Of a DNA stretch of 64,000 nucleotides, positions 48,439-59,325 are shown piece by piece; position 1 is the first letter of the stretch; each line of letters begins with the position of its first letter. The DNA is from Candidatus Latescibacterota bacterium (lineage in GTDB: Bacteria; Latescibacterota; UBA2968; GCA-2709665). The notes under the pieces are model-generated. The model saw nothing but the letters and a program-made list of their open reading frames with translations. It was not told where the DNA came from and did not search any database. The stretch covers positions 5,056,001-5,120,000 of the forward strand of contig OZ244744.1 in assembly GCA_965219455.1 (NCBI GenBank), in the 5' to 3' direction. A program made the position numbers and the translations under genes.

Positions 48439-49746
48439 TCACCCGTGGATCTCTCGGCGTTTGGAACACTCCGGCGATGGTGTTTCGTCTCGCAGAAGAC
48501 GTCTGATAAAGGTGGGGAGGACAAAAGCAGCTTTGTGAATTTCGTCGTTGTAGTATTGCAGGCCGTGTGCTTCCGAGAATTGGCGGGCGTTCATCGGGTC
48601 GAGGGCGTTCAGCGGATCCACGCACCCCTTTGCGGCATAGGAAAAGCTGAGCAACCCGGTCGTATTCGTGGGGATGCAGGCGAGGTAGCAGTGTACGTTT
48701 GCCAGGCCGAAGACCGACTCCTGGCGCCTGTATATTGTCGCGAAGGTCCGGCTGTTGAGCGTGGGTGGTTCGGTTTGCGCTACCATGACGCCCGCGGGAC
48801 AGAGGCTCTCCAGAACGCGCCGGTAGAATGGTTCCGAGAAAAGGTGCCCGGACCGGCCGGAGGGATTTGCGACGTCGACGATAACGAGATCGAAGGATTC
48901 GGCGGGACAGGTTTGCAGGAAGGCGAAACCGTCGTCAATCTGAAGCGAGAGTCTGGGATCGTCGAAAGCCGGCGCAAGGGCCGGGAAGTACTGCCTGCAG
49001 GCTTTGACAACCGTGGCGTCGAGTTCAACGACGACAACCTGCTCGATCCGCTCGTAACGCATCAATTCCCGGACGGCCCCGCCGTCGCCGCCCCCGATGA
49101 CCAGGGCCCGCTTCGCATCGGGGCGGGTTTGCATGGGTACGTGGACGATCATCTCATGGTAGATGTACTCGTCTTGTTCCGTGCAGGTAACGGCCCCGTC
49201 GATCACCAGCATCTTACCGTATCCGTAGGTGTCGAGGACTTCGATCTTCTGATGGGGCGACTGCTGCTGAAAAAGCGCGCCGGCGTGTCTGAGCGAGAGG
49301 GCGATCTGTTCTTCCCTCCTGGTAAACCAGAGATTGCGGATGTGTACGGAAGGCGCTTCCGAGGCTGCCTGCGCCGGCATTGCGGCGGACTGAGCCTGGG
49401 CGTTGAGGTGTCCGCGGTCAATTTCGCGGGTTGTGCCGTGAGTGGCCTTCAGGTCCGACTTCAGAACTTCGTACGCCGTCCACGGGTTGATCGTGTCGCC
49501 GCAGGTGAACAGGTCGACGGCGGCGAAACCATGCTCGGGCCAGGTGTGGATGGACAGGTGGCTCTCGTGGATGACAACGACGCCGGAGACGCCGTAGGGC
49601 GAGAAACGGTGGAAGGAGGTGTTGATAACTGTGGCGTTCGCCGCGCGAGCCGCGCGAACCATGCACGCTTCAATGCGGATGACGTCGTCCAGTACGGATG
49701 CGGGAGACCCGTAAAGCTCCACCAGAATGTGTCTCCCAAGCGGCAC
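48439..49746 (-). CDS. speE: S-adenosylmethionine decarboxylase-spermidine synthase fusion (SpeD-SpeE)
   Basis: [26 protein letters not shown] (SpeD) followed by [21 protein letters not shown] and [11 protein letters not shown] (SpeE). Confidence 0.92.
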   Translation of the reverse strand: MPLGRHILVELYGSPASVLDDVIRIEACMVRAARAANATVINTSFHRFSPYGVSGVVVIHESHLSIHTWPEHGFAAVDLFTCGDTINPWTAYEVLKSDLKATHGTTREIDRGHLNAQAQSAAMPAQAASEAPSVHIRNLWFTRREEQIALSLRHAGALFQQQSPHQKIEVLDTYGYGKMLVIDGAVTCTEQDEYIYHEMIVHVPMQTRPDAKRALVIGGGDGGAVRELMRYERIEQVVVVELDATVVKACRQYFPALAPAFDDPRLSLQIDDGFAFLQTCPAESFDLVIVDVANPSGRSGHLFSEPFYRRVLESLCPAGVMVAQTEPPTLNSRTFATIYRRQESVFGLANVHCYLACIPTNTTGLLSFSYAAKGCVDPLNALDPMNARQFSEAHGLQYYNDEIHKAAFVLPTFIRRLLRDETPSPECSKRREIHG

Positions 49747-49838
49747 TGTTTACGGCCTCCGCTGTACGTGCGTGCATCTTCGCGCCGGGCGAGGGGCTGC
49801 GGGGGACGCCGGGGGAGAGTAGAGGGGGCGGGTTCGCA

Positions 49839-52800
49839 TCAGACGCTCTCCCCGGCGGACTGCAGAGTCGACGCCTGGCCCTTCTCGATCAGGACACTGC
49901 CGTCGTTCCTGTATTGAAGCTGGCTTTCTTCCGGGATGGTACGCCAGATGAGAAACTGTTTTCGGATCTGGTTCATAAAGCGCTGGTTGCATCGTTTCCA
50001 CGAGGCAAGGTCGCCCGACAGCCTGTCAATGGTGATTTCGAGGGCGTGGATGCCGAAGGCGCCCGTAGGCGTGGACGACAGGCGGATGGTCTGGCTGACG
50101 CCAAGGTCGAAAGGCGCCAGCCAGATGGTCGTGTCAATCCGATACCCCCGTTCCGTTTCCGCGTCATAGGTGGACAGGTTGGCCCCGTGGGTAAAGAAAG
50201 TGCCCATCGAACTTTCTGTATGAAAGTCGAAGTATTTGGTGAGAAACGTAAACAGCCCCAGGACCTCGTTGCCGGAAATGGTGAACGGAAATTCGAAATG
50301 CCAGCGGTCCGCGTCCGGATCGGGGAGTTTCCAGCGCCGTGTGACATCCGGAACCGCCAGCTGGGAAGCCCGCCGGGCGGGGTAAACGGTGGACAGGATC
50401 ACGACGACCATGACAAGCGTGGAGGATGCCACGGCCGACACGGAGGAATAGTTAACTGTAATGCCCTCCAGAAGCCCCTGCCAGAGAAGAAATTTTGACA
50501 CGCCCTGTGCGAGGAGATAACCGGACACCGCGCCAAGCACCGCGTACACGCAGGACTCGGCCAGGAACAGGAAGGCAATATGTACGGGCGCCAGGCCGAC
50601 CGAGGAATAAATGCCGATTTCCCGGAATCGTTCGTACACCGAACCCATCATCGTGTTCAACACGATGAGGGCCGCAATGGCGATGGGAACAAACAGGTTG
50701 CTCAGGCCCTGCGCCGACGCGTGTCCGAACGAAGAGTAGACGGAAACAGAAATGCGCCCGATCTTTCCCTCCGGCGAGACTTCCGGTATCCCCGCAAAGA
50801 GGACAACGGAGAGCCGCGAGACAAAGCTCTCCACCCGTTCCTTGACCACTGTTGGATCCCGAAACCGCACGGCGACCGCCTGAAGCGGGCTGCTTACCTC
50901 CCTGAGGGTCTGGTATGGGACCACCATAACGTTTGCCGGGTCGAGGTGTTCAAATTCCATGATTTCGACATCGGTCTCTTCCAGGCCGGCTTTCTCCCGC
51001 TTTTCCTGTTGGGCCATCTGCATAAACACGTTCTCATCGGTCAGGACAAAATCCGCGGGCGTGACGGGCTCGCCGTCGAGGTCTTCGAGATCTTTCATGC
51101 GCTCGGCGTCAATCAGTCCGACCACCTTGAAACGCTCTCCAAAAAGGCGTACCTCAGCCTTTCCGACATCGGATTCGCTGATCTTCAGGAGTTCGGCCAT
51201 TGCCTGGGGCAACACGGCGACGTTTCGTTCACCCGGCTGAAACCATCGACCAGCGGACAGGCAGTTTTGAATCCCGATCACTTCGGTCTCCTGCGCGGTC
51301 AGTCCGACAATGCCGAGCGCGTTGGCCGATGCGCTGTCCGATACGACCTGGATGGCCTTTTTCTCCTTGGAAGCGTACCAGCTGCGCGCCGCCACAACGG
51401 CTTCCTTTCCGAAGTTGGCGCGAGCGTAGTCCAGAACCGATTCCTCAAGCGGCGCCCAGTATTTGCTGCGGATAAGCATTCCCGGGTATGTGCCCAGATT
51501 GTCTCGTTTGATCTGGTGATAGCTGAGCTGGGATTTGATCGAGGAGAACGACAACACGGTGAAGGTGAGGAGGACGAGCGTGGAGAAGGTGAGCAGCGTT
51601 CTGAGTTTACGCCTTTTCATATTGGCAATACCCAGATGAAAGGCTGCCAGCGAGGCGGAAATCCGGCCCACGTCCACGTCGTGGATAATGGCGGCCTCCG
51701 TTCGGAGGTTGCGCATCTGACTGTTGAAGCGGGAGAAAACCAGGGTGATGACGAAGGTGGCCAGCGACAGGAGCACAAAGGCGAGGAGAATGACGAAAGG
51801 ATTGGACAGGTCGAATGCAGGATGAACGATGGACAGGAAGATCCAGATGACCAGAAAAATTCCGGCGAAACCGACAGTCTGCCATCGGATGTCCACCGAC
51901 GTAAAAATGAGCCGCTCGCTAAAAAACGCACAGGGAAGAACCAGCGCCATAAAGAAGATGATGCCATGGATCACGTCGTTCTGTGTCCCTTTCACATCCG
52001 GATACGCGCGTGACTCGAGGCCAAGCGCGGCCCGGGAATGCCTCACGAAATCGTCCCATCGCAATTGTTGCCGGGCCGCGTCCGCCCGGTCCAGATGTTC
52101 CCTCGCCCTTTGGTGCAGATCGGTAAGGCGGTCGTTTTCGATTCCGTAGACCTGAAGTTCACGCATCCTGGCGTGGTCCAGGATCCACATGTCTTTAGCG
52201 GCCTGGTAAGCGGTATGCGTGATTGCACCGTGCGTGGAGGCCACAAACCCGCTCTTGCGTGCGGCTTCAACGCTGGTCGTATCGGTTGCATTCAGCAGCA
52301 GGTAGCGGATACCGATACCACGTGTATGCATGGTGATTTTGAGTTTGACGCCGGGGCGTGTGAAAACCACGCCGACCGGTTCGTTGGGGCCGTAACCCAG
52401 GGAATAGCCATATTCCTGCGGGGCGGTGTTCCCGTCGCCGTACAGGGAGAGATTGGGGAGCTTGGTGAGGTAACGCGGATCCACGGTTTCGTAGAAGTCT
52501 GTTGAAACACAGGGAAACATGATGCGCGTGGCGCGGGTAATCCACCAGTCCATTCCGAATTCGGGTTTGTAGATCCGGGCGCTCTGCCCGCGATCCGACG
52601 CGTAGGTGATTTCGCCGCTTTCCGGGTCCAGGTGATACGCGTCCAGGCCGACCCAGCGCACGGCGAGACCGGGAACGTGGAACTCGCCGTTCTCGTCGGC
52701 CTTATCGTAGAATATGGCGCGCACGCCCTTGACGGACTTTTCGTAAGACATTCGCAATACCGCCACCGCTCCCTTGCGCGGCCGGTCCGGGGTCATGCTG

Positions 52801-54377
52801 CGCCGCGGATAGGTGAGCAGGCGCCCTTTCAGGGCGCGCATCCGATCTTTCATCTTGACGCGATAGTCGGGCAGGAACGTCGGCTCGTCGAGCGCTTTGC
52901 TGAGCACCGCGGTAAGCAACCGTATCTGGTTCGTCAGGTTGGTCAGATTGACTTGCTCCACGGTGTCATGGGGTGTATCCACTCTGAAGCGCGCATCGTT
53001 GATGGTCACGAAAGCGAGTGTCGGCATGCCCGCGGTAAGTACGACCTGCGAATCGGTCTTTAATTTTCCGCCCGGAATGAACATGCGCCAACTCATTCCC
53101 GACGGTGGGTTGATACCGTCAACGAGCGACCGCTTTGCGTCCATGCCGAACGCCGGCGCCAGGTCCGCGCCGAGGTTGCTGAAGCGTTTCCCAAACGGCG
53201 TAAAAAAACGCTGGTAGTAGAACGCAGTGGAACCATTCCAGACGGCCATCTGGTCGGTCTGCGAGGAGAGATCCAGGGAAATCCAGAGCCGGATATCGAT
53301 CGGGTCCGTCATCAGGGCCGCGAAGTGTTCCTCTTTTCGGGCATGCCTTCCGAGAAAGTCGCAGACGCCACGAAAACCGAGATGGTGGGCCGACGTGGCC
53401 AGGAAAAGGACGGTGTGAGCGGGCGGATGCGCTTTGAAGTATTCGGCCATTTCAAGCAGGGCGACGATGCCGGATGCCTGCTCGGCGCCGGGGGCGAGCG
53501 CGGGGACCACTGACATGGCGTCGTAATAGGCGTCCACGAGAACCACGCGTTCCCGAAGCTGCGGATCCGTGCCCGTAATCCAGCCAATGATGTTTCGCGT
53601 CGGGTGCGTTTCCCAGTCCATCCGCGCCTTCAATTCCACTTCGATCCGCTCGCCCGCGGCCAGGCGCCGCCGGAGGCGTTCCCCGTCGGACCTGCCGATC
53701 CAGAAACGGGGCGCGTTGAGCGGAACCTGGAAGAACTTCTGTTCTGCTTCGGCCGTTGTGGTGGAGTCCGGAGCGACGAAGATGATTGCCCTGGTGCCCA
53801 GCATGGCGGCATTCATCCAGCGATTCCAGGAGTTGAAATCCATCAGAATGACGCTGCCTTCGGGTTCCTTGCCGTTGAGATCCGCGAAATTGCCGGCGCC
53901 CGCGTCAATAAGCGGGGCTCGCAGTCCGGCGCCCGGCAGCGTGGACGTACGGACCAGGTTGGGCCAGACCGCATGAATAGGTACAATACCGGGTTCGCCC
54001 AGGATGCGGAGGCCGCCGCCCTTGTCTACCGGCGACGTGACGTCGTAGGTTTCCACGGAGACGTTTTCCAGACCCACACGTTTGAACTCTTCTTCTATAT
54101 AGAGAGATGCGGACCTGTGGCCCGGATAGCCCACCACCCGCGAACCCGATCCGCTGAGTCGGAGCAAACGCGATTCGATTTCGGCCGGCGTTATCTCTTC
54201 TCGGATGGTGTCCGCCAGTTCCTGTTGGCCGGTGGCCACCCTGGTGGGCGGCAATTCGGGATAACGGATGTTGAACCAGTCGAACAGGAGGTCGGTGAGC
54301 GCCTGCGGAGAAAAGAGGGTCAAACTGAGAAAAGCAATCAGGATGACCAGGCCGAGGGTGATGTTGTTTGTTTTCAC
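49839..54377 (-). CDS. M28/PA peptidase-like domain fused to a MacB/FtsX-like permease
   Basis: SRVVGYPG, PA-like insert, NIIG..VLVDAYYD, PGAEQASG; TM block; RRKLRTLLT; NTMMGSVYERFREIGIYSSVGL. Confidence 0.8.
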   Translation of the reverse strand: MKTNNITLGLVILIAFLSLTLFSPQALTDLLFDWFNIRYPELPPTRVATGQQELADTIREEITPAEIESRLLRLSGSGSRVVGYPGHRSASLYIEEEFKRVGLENVSVETYDVTSPVDKGGGLRILGEPGIVPIHAVWPNLVRTSTLPGAGLRAPLIDAGAGNFADLNGKEPEGSVILMDFNSWNRWMNAAMLGTRAIIFVAPDSTTTAEAEQKFFQVPLNAPRFWIGRSDGERLRRRLAAGERIEVELKARMDWETHPTRNIIGWITGTDPQLRERVVLVDAYYDAMSVVPALAPGAEQASGIVALLEMAEYFKAHPPAHTVLFLATSAHHLGFRGVCDFLGRHARKEEHFAALMTDPIDIRLWISLDLSSQTDQMAVWNGSTAFYYQRFFTPFGKRFSNLGADLAPAFGMDAKRSLVDGINPPSGMSWRMFIPGGKLKTDSQVVLTAGMPTLAFVTINDARFRVDTPHDTVEQVNLTNLTNQIRLLTAVLSKALDEPTFLPDYRVKMKDRMRALKGRLLTYPRRSMTPDRPRKGAVAVLRMSYEKSVKGVRAIFYDKADENGEFHVPGLAVRWVGLDAYHLDPESGEITYASDRGQSARIYKPEFGMDWWITRATRIMFPCVSTDFYETVDPRYLTKLPNLSLYGDGNTAPQEYGYSLGYGPNEPVGVVFTRPGVKLKITMHTRGIGIRYLLLNATDTTSVEAARKSGFVASTHGAITHTAYQAAKDMWILDHARMRELQVYGIENDRLTDLHQRAREHLDRADAARQQLRWDDFVRHSRAALGLESRAYPDVKGTQNDVIHGIIFFMALVLPCAFFSERLIFTSVDIRWQTVGFAGIFLVIWIFLSIVHPAFDLSNPFVILLAFVLLSLATFVITLVFSRFNSQMRNLRTEAAIIHDVDVGRISASLAAFHLGIANMKRRKLRTLLTFSTLVLLTFTVLSFSSIKSQLSYHQIKRDNLGTYPGMLIRSKYWAPLEESVLDYARANFGKEAVVAARSWYASKEKKAIQVVSDSASANALGIVGLTAQETEVIGIQNCLSAGRWFQPGERNVAVLPQAMAELLKISESDVGKAEVRLFGERFKVVGLIDAERMKDLEDLDGEPVTPADFVLTDENVFMQMAQQEKREKAGLEETDVEIMEFEHLDPANVMVVPYQTLREVSSPLQAVAVRFRDPTVVKERVESFVSRLSVVLFAGIPEVSPEGKIGRISVSVYSSFGHASAQGLSNLFVPIAIAALIVLNTMMGSVYERFREIGIYSSVGLAPVHIAFLFLAESCVYAVLGAVSGYLLAQGVSKFLLWQGLLEGITVNYSSVSAVASSTLVMVVVILSTVYPARRASQLAVPDVTRRWKLPDPDADRWHFEFPFTISGNEVLGLFTFLTKYFDFHTESSMGTFFTHGANLSTYDAETERGYRIDTTIWLAPFDLGVSQTIRLSSTPTGAFGIHALEITIDRLSGDLASWKRCNQRFMNQIRKQFLIWRTIPEESQLQYRNDGSVLIEKGQASTLQSAGESV

Positions 54378-54442
54378 AATGAGCCCTGCATCAGGATAAG
54401 GATTTTGGGCGAATCGTTATTTCGACGCCGCGGCGCAGAACG

Positions 54443-56452
54443 TCAGTACCATTTATGAACCACGTGCCCGTCCGGCTGGAACCAGATGGCGTCCACGACA
54501 ACGCCGGCGGCGACGGACAGAATGTAACCCACCAGCATGCCGATGAAGAATGGTCTCGATTTCCGGTAAAAGGCGGCGCCGGCAAGCCTGATCATGGTCA
54601 GTTTGACCAGCCACGCGACAAATATGGTCGCGCTGGTGAGCCGCGAAAGCGCCGTGCCGGACAGGGCGAACCCGATCGGATGGAGCGGCCACCTGACGAA
54701 GCGATACCGCATCAGATTCAAGAAAGCCATGGCGCCGGCGCCGGCAAAAAAGAACCAGTAGTTGACCGGTTCGATGGGGCTGTTGACGGCCTTGATGGAA
54801 TTGGCGATGCCGCGTACCTGCCCGATCCCCGCGCGGATAATCAGCCAGTTGGGTTGTACATTGTACCCGCCAATGGTATAACCGAGCCACACGGTATAAA
54901 GCGTGGAGGTGACCATCCCCACCACGAATGCGGCGGAGATCGCCCAGAACAGTCGCCGTTTGCCCTTTGGCAGGAATTCCGCCAGTCGATTGATATGGGC
55001 CATCGTACCCATGGAGAGGCCCCGATAGTGGTTTACGGCCCGAGAGGAAAGTCCGAGCGCCATTTTGGTGGGCGCGGTATACGTGTGGGAACCACCCAGA
55101 AACCGGCTGACAAGGCCCCACGCCGACGTGGGCGGGTTCAGGTAGACAATACCCGAGTCCGCGAGGATTTTTGCAACGGTGGCATAGACGACGAGCATAC
55201 ACAGGATAAGCAGGACGATCACCTTGACCTGCATGCCGATCCAACCCAGCCACAGCGCCATGTAAAGACATCCCACGACAAGCCCCAACACGGCATGCCG
55301 GCACGATAGTAATTCCTGGCTGTCGTCCGGAGTCGATCGATCCGGGTTGAGGGCCTTCCGGAAGACGTCAAGCAGGTGATGTCTCGCGATCCAGATCGCC
55401 CAGAGAGCAAGGACCGTGAACCCCCCGGCCGTCTGCCAGATGTAACGGCCTCGACCATAGTAGGGTGAGATGGCCGAGACGCCCAATCCGCTCAGGATTC
55501 CGCCCTCGAGAATGAACAAAGCGTCGAAAAACCAGAGGCTGAAGAGGATCTCGAGGCTCGCGAAGTACGAAAAGCAGATGACGACCGCACTCAAAAAGAA
55601 AAAAGCGGGCGGGTAATCGGGAGAGAAAAAGATCCAGCGGGCGGAAGCCGTGGGAAACCGGGGGAACTGGGGATAGAACCATGCAATCATGTTCCAGCCG
55701 AAAACGAACGTGGTGAGCATGAATCCGGCCCAGAACGCCTTGCCTTTCATGAATTCGGGCAACCAGCGTCTGCCGGTTCCGGCCTGCGTGGTGAATTCTA
55801 TGATGGGTTCCATTGCCGGGAAGACGAGGCGCTCGTTTTCGGACCATTGCTTGCGGAAGATGATGGACAGGCAGGCTGCGGCCAGAGCGACGGCGCAGAG
55901 AAACGTGAACCACCAGAAGAGAGGCACGGCCCAGACGCCCCATGGAATGGATGCGCCATGGGGCAGGCCCTCGTAGAACCACGCCATCGCATTGCCTTCG
56001 TTGTCCGGAATCAGCCACCCGGGGAGATACGGGTGAAGGTATCTGGCCCATTCGTTCTCCATGGTGGCGAAATAATGGGGCGCGACCATAACACCCACGA
56101 GGTAACCACTGATCCCGTAGGTGGGCCCCAGAGAACTGATGAAACCCATGCAGAAAATGGTGATCCATTCCGAAGACGAGAAGATAAACCGCCGGCCGAA
56201 CTTGTAGGCAAGCATCGAACAGAGGATGATGGAGACCAGGCTGAGGATCAGATTGCCCATGGGCATATGGCTGTACGCCATAAACGACGCGTGGAGGACG
56301 TAGCGCACCGTGTCGCCCAGAATACCGATGGATACCGAAAGGAAAAGCCCGCAGACGATGGACCTGAAGGTCACGCCGCGATTCCGGATAGTATCCGAAC
56401 CGGAGGACGTGTCGACATCAGATTCCGTCGAGTTCGTGGATCGTATTGACAT
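54443..56452 (-). CDS. DUF6785/DUF6784-type polytopic membrane protein
   Basis: GVTFRSI, IPWGVWAVP, RKQWSENERLVFP, WPLHPIG, YRKSRPFFIG; start uncertain (56452 or 56494). Confidence 0.7.
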   Translation of the reverse strand: MSIRSTNSTESDVDTSSGSDTIRNRGVTFRSIVCGLFLSVSIGILGDTVRYVLHASFMAYSHMPMGNLILSLVSIILCSMLAYKFGRRFIFSSSEWITIFCMGFISSLGPTYGISGYLVGVMVAPHYFATMENEWARYLHPYLPGWLIPDNEGNAMAWFYEGLPHGASIPWGVWAVPLFWWFTFLCAVALAAACLSIIFRKQWSENERLVFPAMEPIIEFTTQAGTGRRWLPEFMKGKAFWAGFMLTTFVFGWNMIAWFYPQFPRFPTASARWIFFSPDYPPAFFFLSAVVICFSYFASLEILFSLWFFDALFILEGGILSGLGVSAISPYYGRGRYIWQTAGGFTVLALWAIWIARHHLLDVFRKALNPDRSTPDDSQELLSCRHAVLGLVVGCLYMALWLGWIGMQVKVIVLLILCMLVVYATVAKILADSGIVYLNPPTSAWGLVSRFLGGSHTYTAPTKMALGLSSRAVNHYRGLSMGTMAHINRLAEFLPKGKRRLFWAISAAFVVGMVTSTLYTVWLGYTIGGYNVQPNWLIIRAGIGQVRGIANSIKAVNSPIEPVNYWFFFAGAGAMAFLNLMRYRFVRWPLHPIGFALSGTALSRLTSATIFVAWLVKLTMIRLAGAAFYRKSRPFFIGMLVGYILSVAAGVVVDAIWFQPDGHVVHKWY

Positions 56453-56551
56453 GGATTGCCGATTTCCCGAAACACGGTTGCGTATGCCCGACATTCAGCG
56501 CGCGGAAAGAGGGCGCCAATCTGTCAGATGAAAGCCCCGGAACCGGTCAGC

Positions 56552-57562
56552 TCAGAAGCGATCAGTTCCCATCACTTCCAGGGGGGCGGTGACCAGAGGG
56601 TTCAGCGCCGTCGCCCTCTGCAGGCACGCGGCGGCCAGGCTGTCTTTCCCCGCCAGACTGTAGAAGTGCGACAGGGTCTGATAGCGTTCCGCCGTCGGGT
56701 TCTCCGCGGCGGTCAGTTCCAGAAAGCGAATACGTCCGGCCAACCTGCTCTGGCGTTCGAAAACATTCAGGTGCCCTTCGGCTTCCAGCTCCTGCCCGAG
56801 AGCCAGCAGGGTTTGTCCCAGCAGATATCGTGTGCGAGGATGAAAGGGATCCAGCGCGACCGCGCGACGGAGGTGGCGTACCCCCAGGTTTGCTCGTTTC
56901 CTCCGGAGTTCGTTCCGGGCGATGTCGCAGAGTAAATCGATATCTTCCCGGTTCTCTTGAAGGGCCTGCCGGAAGCAGGCCGCAGCCGAGTCGAGTTCGC
57001 CGCGGCTGAAGTGAATGCGCCCCAGGCCGGCGTAAATTCCGCCCCGTGCGCCGCCTAGCGATGCGGCGCGCCCGTAATGGCGTTCGGCGTTATCGAGGTT
57101 CCCGGCCGCCACGTAAAGCTCGGCCAACGCCAGGGAAGGCCCGGGATTGTCCGGCATTTCCTCGGCGGCTCTCAAAAAGGCAGCTTCGGCCCGCTCGTCC
57201 GCCCGGGCATCTCGAAGGGCGCGCGCGTATTCCATCCATTCTCGGGGGCCCGACACGAGGGGCGAAATCGCCATCAGGGTTTCCGTCGCTTCGGCAAACC
57301 GTCGGCGTCCGGTCAGGAGGGCCGCCAGACCAAACCGGGCACGGACGGATTCAGGGTGAACGGCGATGGCTTCACGGTAGGACGCCATTGCAGATTCGTC
57401 GTCTCCGTGTCTCAACGCGGTCTCGGCGCCGTCGCACAGATTGACCGCCCGCTGTTCCGGCGTCCCGGATGCCGGCCGGAAACAGACGACTGCCAGCGCC
57501 ACCAGAAGGAACGCGGCAAGCGGCCTATAGTTTCGTACCACAGTGTCGACAATAGTTCGCAT
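56552..57562 (-). CDS. Exported tetratricopeptide repeat protein
   Basis: N-terminal hydrophobic segment; repeated A..L.P TPR units. Confidence 0.8.
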   Translation of the reverse strand: MRTIVDTVVRNYRPLAAFLLVALAVVCFRPASGTPEQRAVNLCDGAETALRHGDDESAMASYREAIAVHPESVRARFGLAALLTGRRRFAEATETLMAISPLVSGPREWMEYARALRDARADERAEAAFLRAAEEMPDNPGPSLALAELYVAAGNLDNAERHYGRAASLGGARGGIYAGLGRIHFSRGELDSAAACFRQALQENREDIDLLCDIARNELRRKRANLGVRHLRRAVALDPFHPRTRYLLGQTLLALGQELEAEGHLNVFERQSRLAGRIRFLELTAAENPTAERYQTLSHFYSLAGKDSLAAACLQRATALNPLVTAPLEVMGTDRF

Positions 57563-58355
57563 CGGCCTCCAGGGTCTCGGCGTTGCATCCTGAACAGGAC
57601 CGGGTGGCGACCCGGTCTTTCATGGCCTGCGAGATTTCGACCGAAAGGATGCCCGTGGGCACGGCGATGATGCTGTACCCCAGCATCATGACAACGACCG
57701 CAAGAGCCTGGCCAGGCGCGGTTTTGGGAGAAATATCGCCGTATCCCACGGTCGTGAGGGTGACGACGGCCCAGTAGATGCTGCGGGGGATGCTGGTAAA
57801 GCCGTTTTCGGGTTTTTCTATCACGTACATCAGTGAGCCCAGGATGACAACGGCAGTCATCACGGTGACCGTGAAAACCGCGATTTTTCGGTGGCTCGAC
57901 CGGATCGCCCGGACCATAATTCGGGCCGCTCGGAGGTACTGCACCAGTTTAAGTATGCGAAACACGCGCAGTACACGGAGGATACGGATGACCACGAGGT
58001 ACTGGCTGCCCGGCAGGAGCAGACTGATATACGTGGGAATGATGGCAAGCAGGTCCACGATGCCGAAGAAGGAAGACGCATAACGCAGGGGGCGGCCGAC
58101 GCATATCAGCCGCATGATGTACTCGATGGTGAAGAGGAGCGTAAAAAACCATTCGAGACCGTACAACAGGTCGCCGTGGGTCTCCCGCACAGCGGCGATG
58201 CTGTCCAGCATCACGGTCAGTACACTCAGAATGATGCTGGCAATAAGCAGGACGTCGAACCTGTTGCCCGCCGGAGTGTCTGATTCAAATATGATATTCC
58301 GAAGACGCCGACGCCATCCTGAAACCGGATGAGCGCTTCTTTTTCCGTAGGCCAT
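57525..58355 (-). CDS. Voltage-gated potassium channel / ion transporter
   Basis: S4 RILRVLRVFRILK, filter TTVGYGD, C-terminal CxxC..CxxC. Confidence 0.92.
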   Translation of the reverse strand: MAYGKRSAHPVSGWRRRLRNIIFESDTPAGNRFDVLLIASIILSVLTVMLDSIAAVRETHGDLLYGLEWFFTLLFTIEYIMRLICVGRPLRYASSFFGIVDLLAIIPTYISLLLPGSQYLVVIRILRVLRVFRILKLVQYLRAARIMVRAIRSSHRKIAVFTVTVMTAVVILGSLMYVIEKPENGFTSIPRSIYWAVVTLTTVGYGDISPKTAPGQALAVVVMMLGYSIIAVPTGILSVEISQAMKDRVATRSCSGCNAETLEADANYCRHCGTKL

Positions 58356-58505
58356 ATGCAATTGAGGATCTATTGCCCCGTGATTGCCGCCGGACTCGCA
58401 AATCTTACGCCGCAACCGGAACCTTATCCGCAGGCAGGTATGTCCGGTATCCGGCTTGCGGGCGACCGTGGTCGCAGGCGGGCTCACCCGGGAGGTCGCG
58501 CTCTG

Positions 58506-59297
58506 TCAGTAGCGGGTATCCACAAGCCATGCTTCCCCGGGATGGGTTTCCCAGCGTTTTCTCAGGGCTGTCTCGTTGGGGCAGAACTTTCCGCCGTAAG
58601 ATATGCCGCCGTGCGAGATGTTTACACTCACGGCGACGCTGTCACCCGCAGGCACCCAATGGGGGGTGAGTATCTGATTCCAGAGCAGGTCGCCCTTTTC
58701 CATCTTGTATGAGAGAACGTCGTCCGGTTCGTGGTCGGGAGGGCCGTAAGGCCTTCTGAGTGTCTCGCGGTTGTTGACGGCGACGTCGAGGGGTGCATAT
58801 TTGTAGGGGTTTTTGAATGCATTGAAGTATTTTACGCCCCAGATCTGCCAGGCCACGACATGCGACGTATCCATGTGGTAGGAGGAGTGGCAATGCTTCC
58901 CGGAAATGAAAATGATGGGATAACAGCGTTGCCACGTAAATCCATTGGACGCCAGAAAGCTGCGCCACGGAATCATGACCTTTCGCTGGAAGTCCTTCAG
59001 AAATTGCCCCTCGCCGTAGAAGTTCTGCAAGTGAAAGTGGGCCAGCGAGAAGGGCCGGTCGATAACGTCCGCGACGGGAAACGTTTTGAATTCCGCAATC
59101 CTCTGTTTTTTTTCATCTTCCGGGAGGTCGCCGGGAATGTTGATCCGTGCCTGGCTGTCCTTTCGAAGGATGTCCACGATTTCTTCCGCGGAAGGGAACG
59201 CCATGTCGAAACCGAAGTACTCCGGGTCGAAGAGAAAGTTCTGAAGGCCCTTCCAGCGATCCATGAGTTCGTCTTCGTTACGGACAATGATCTGCAT
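58506..59297 (-). CDS. JmjC/cupin-like Fe(II)/2OG-type protein
   Basis: YHMD..WQIWGVK..GDLLW..PHWV (HxD...H triad); GGAGG RBS. Confidence 0.7.
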   Translation of the reverse strand: MQIIVRNEDELMDRWKGLQNFLFDPEYFGFDMAFPSAEEIVDILRKDSQARINIPGDLPEDEKKQRIAEFKTFPVADVIDRPFSLAHFHLQNFYGEGQFLKDFQRKVMIPWRSFLASNGFTWQRCYPIIFISGKHCHSSYHMDTSHVVAWQIWGVKYFNAFKNPYKYAPLDVAVNNRETLRRPYGPPDHEPDDVLSYKMEKGDLLWNQILTPHWVPAGDSVAVSVNISHGGISYGGKFCPNETALRKRWETHPGEAWLVDTRY

Positions 59298-59325
59298 GGT
59301 TCCTCCGTCGTTTTGGGCGCGGGAC

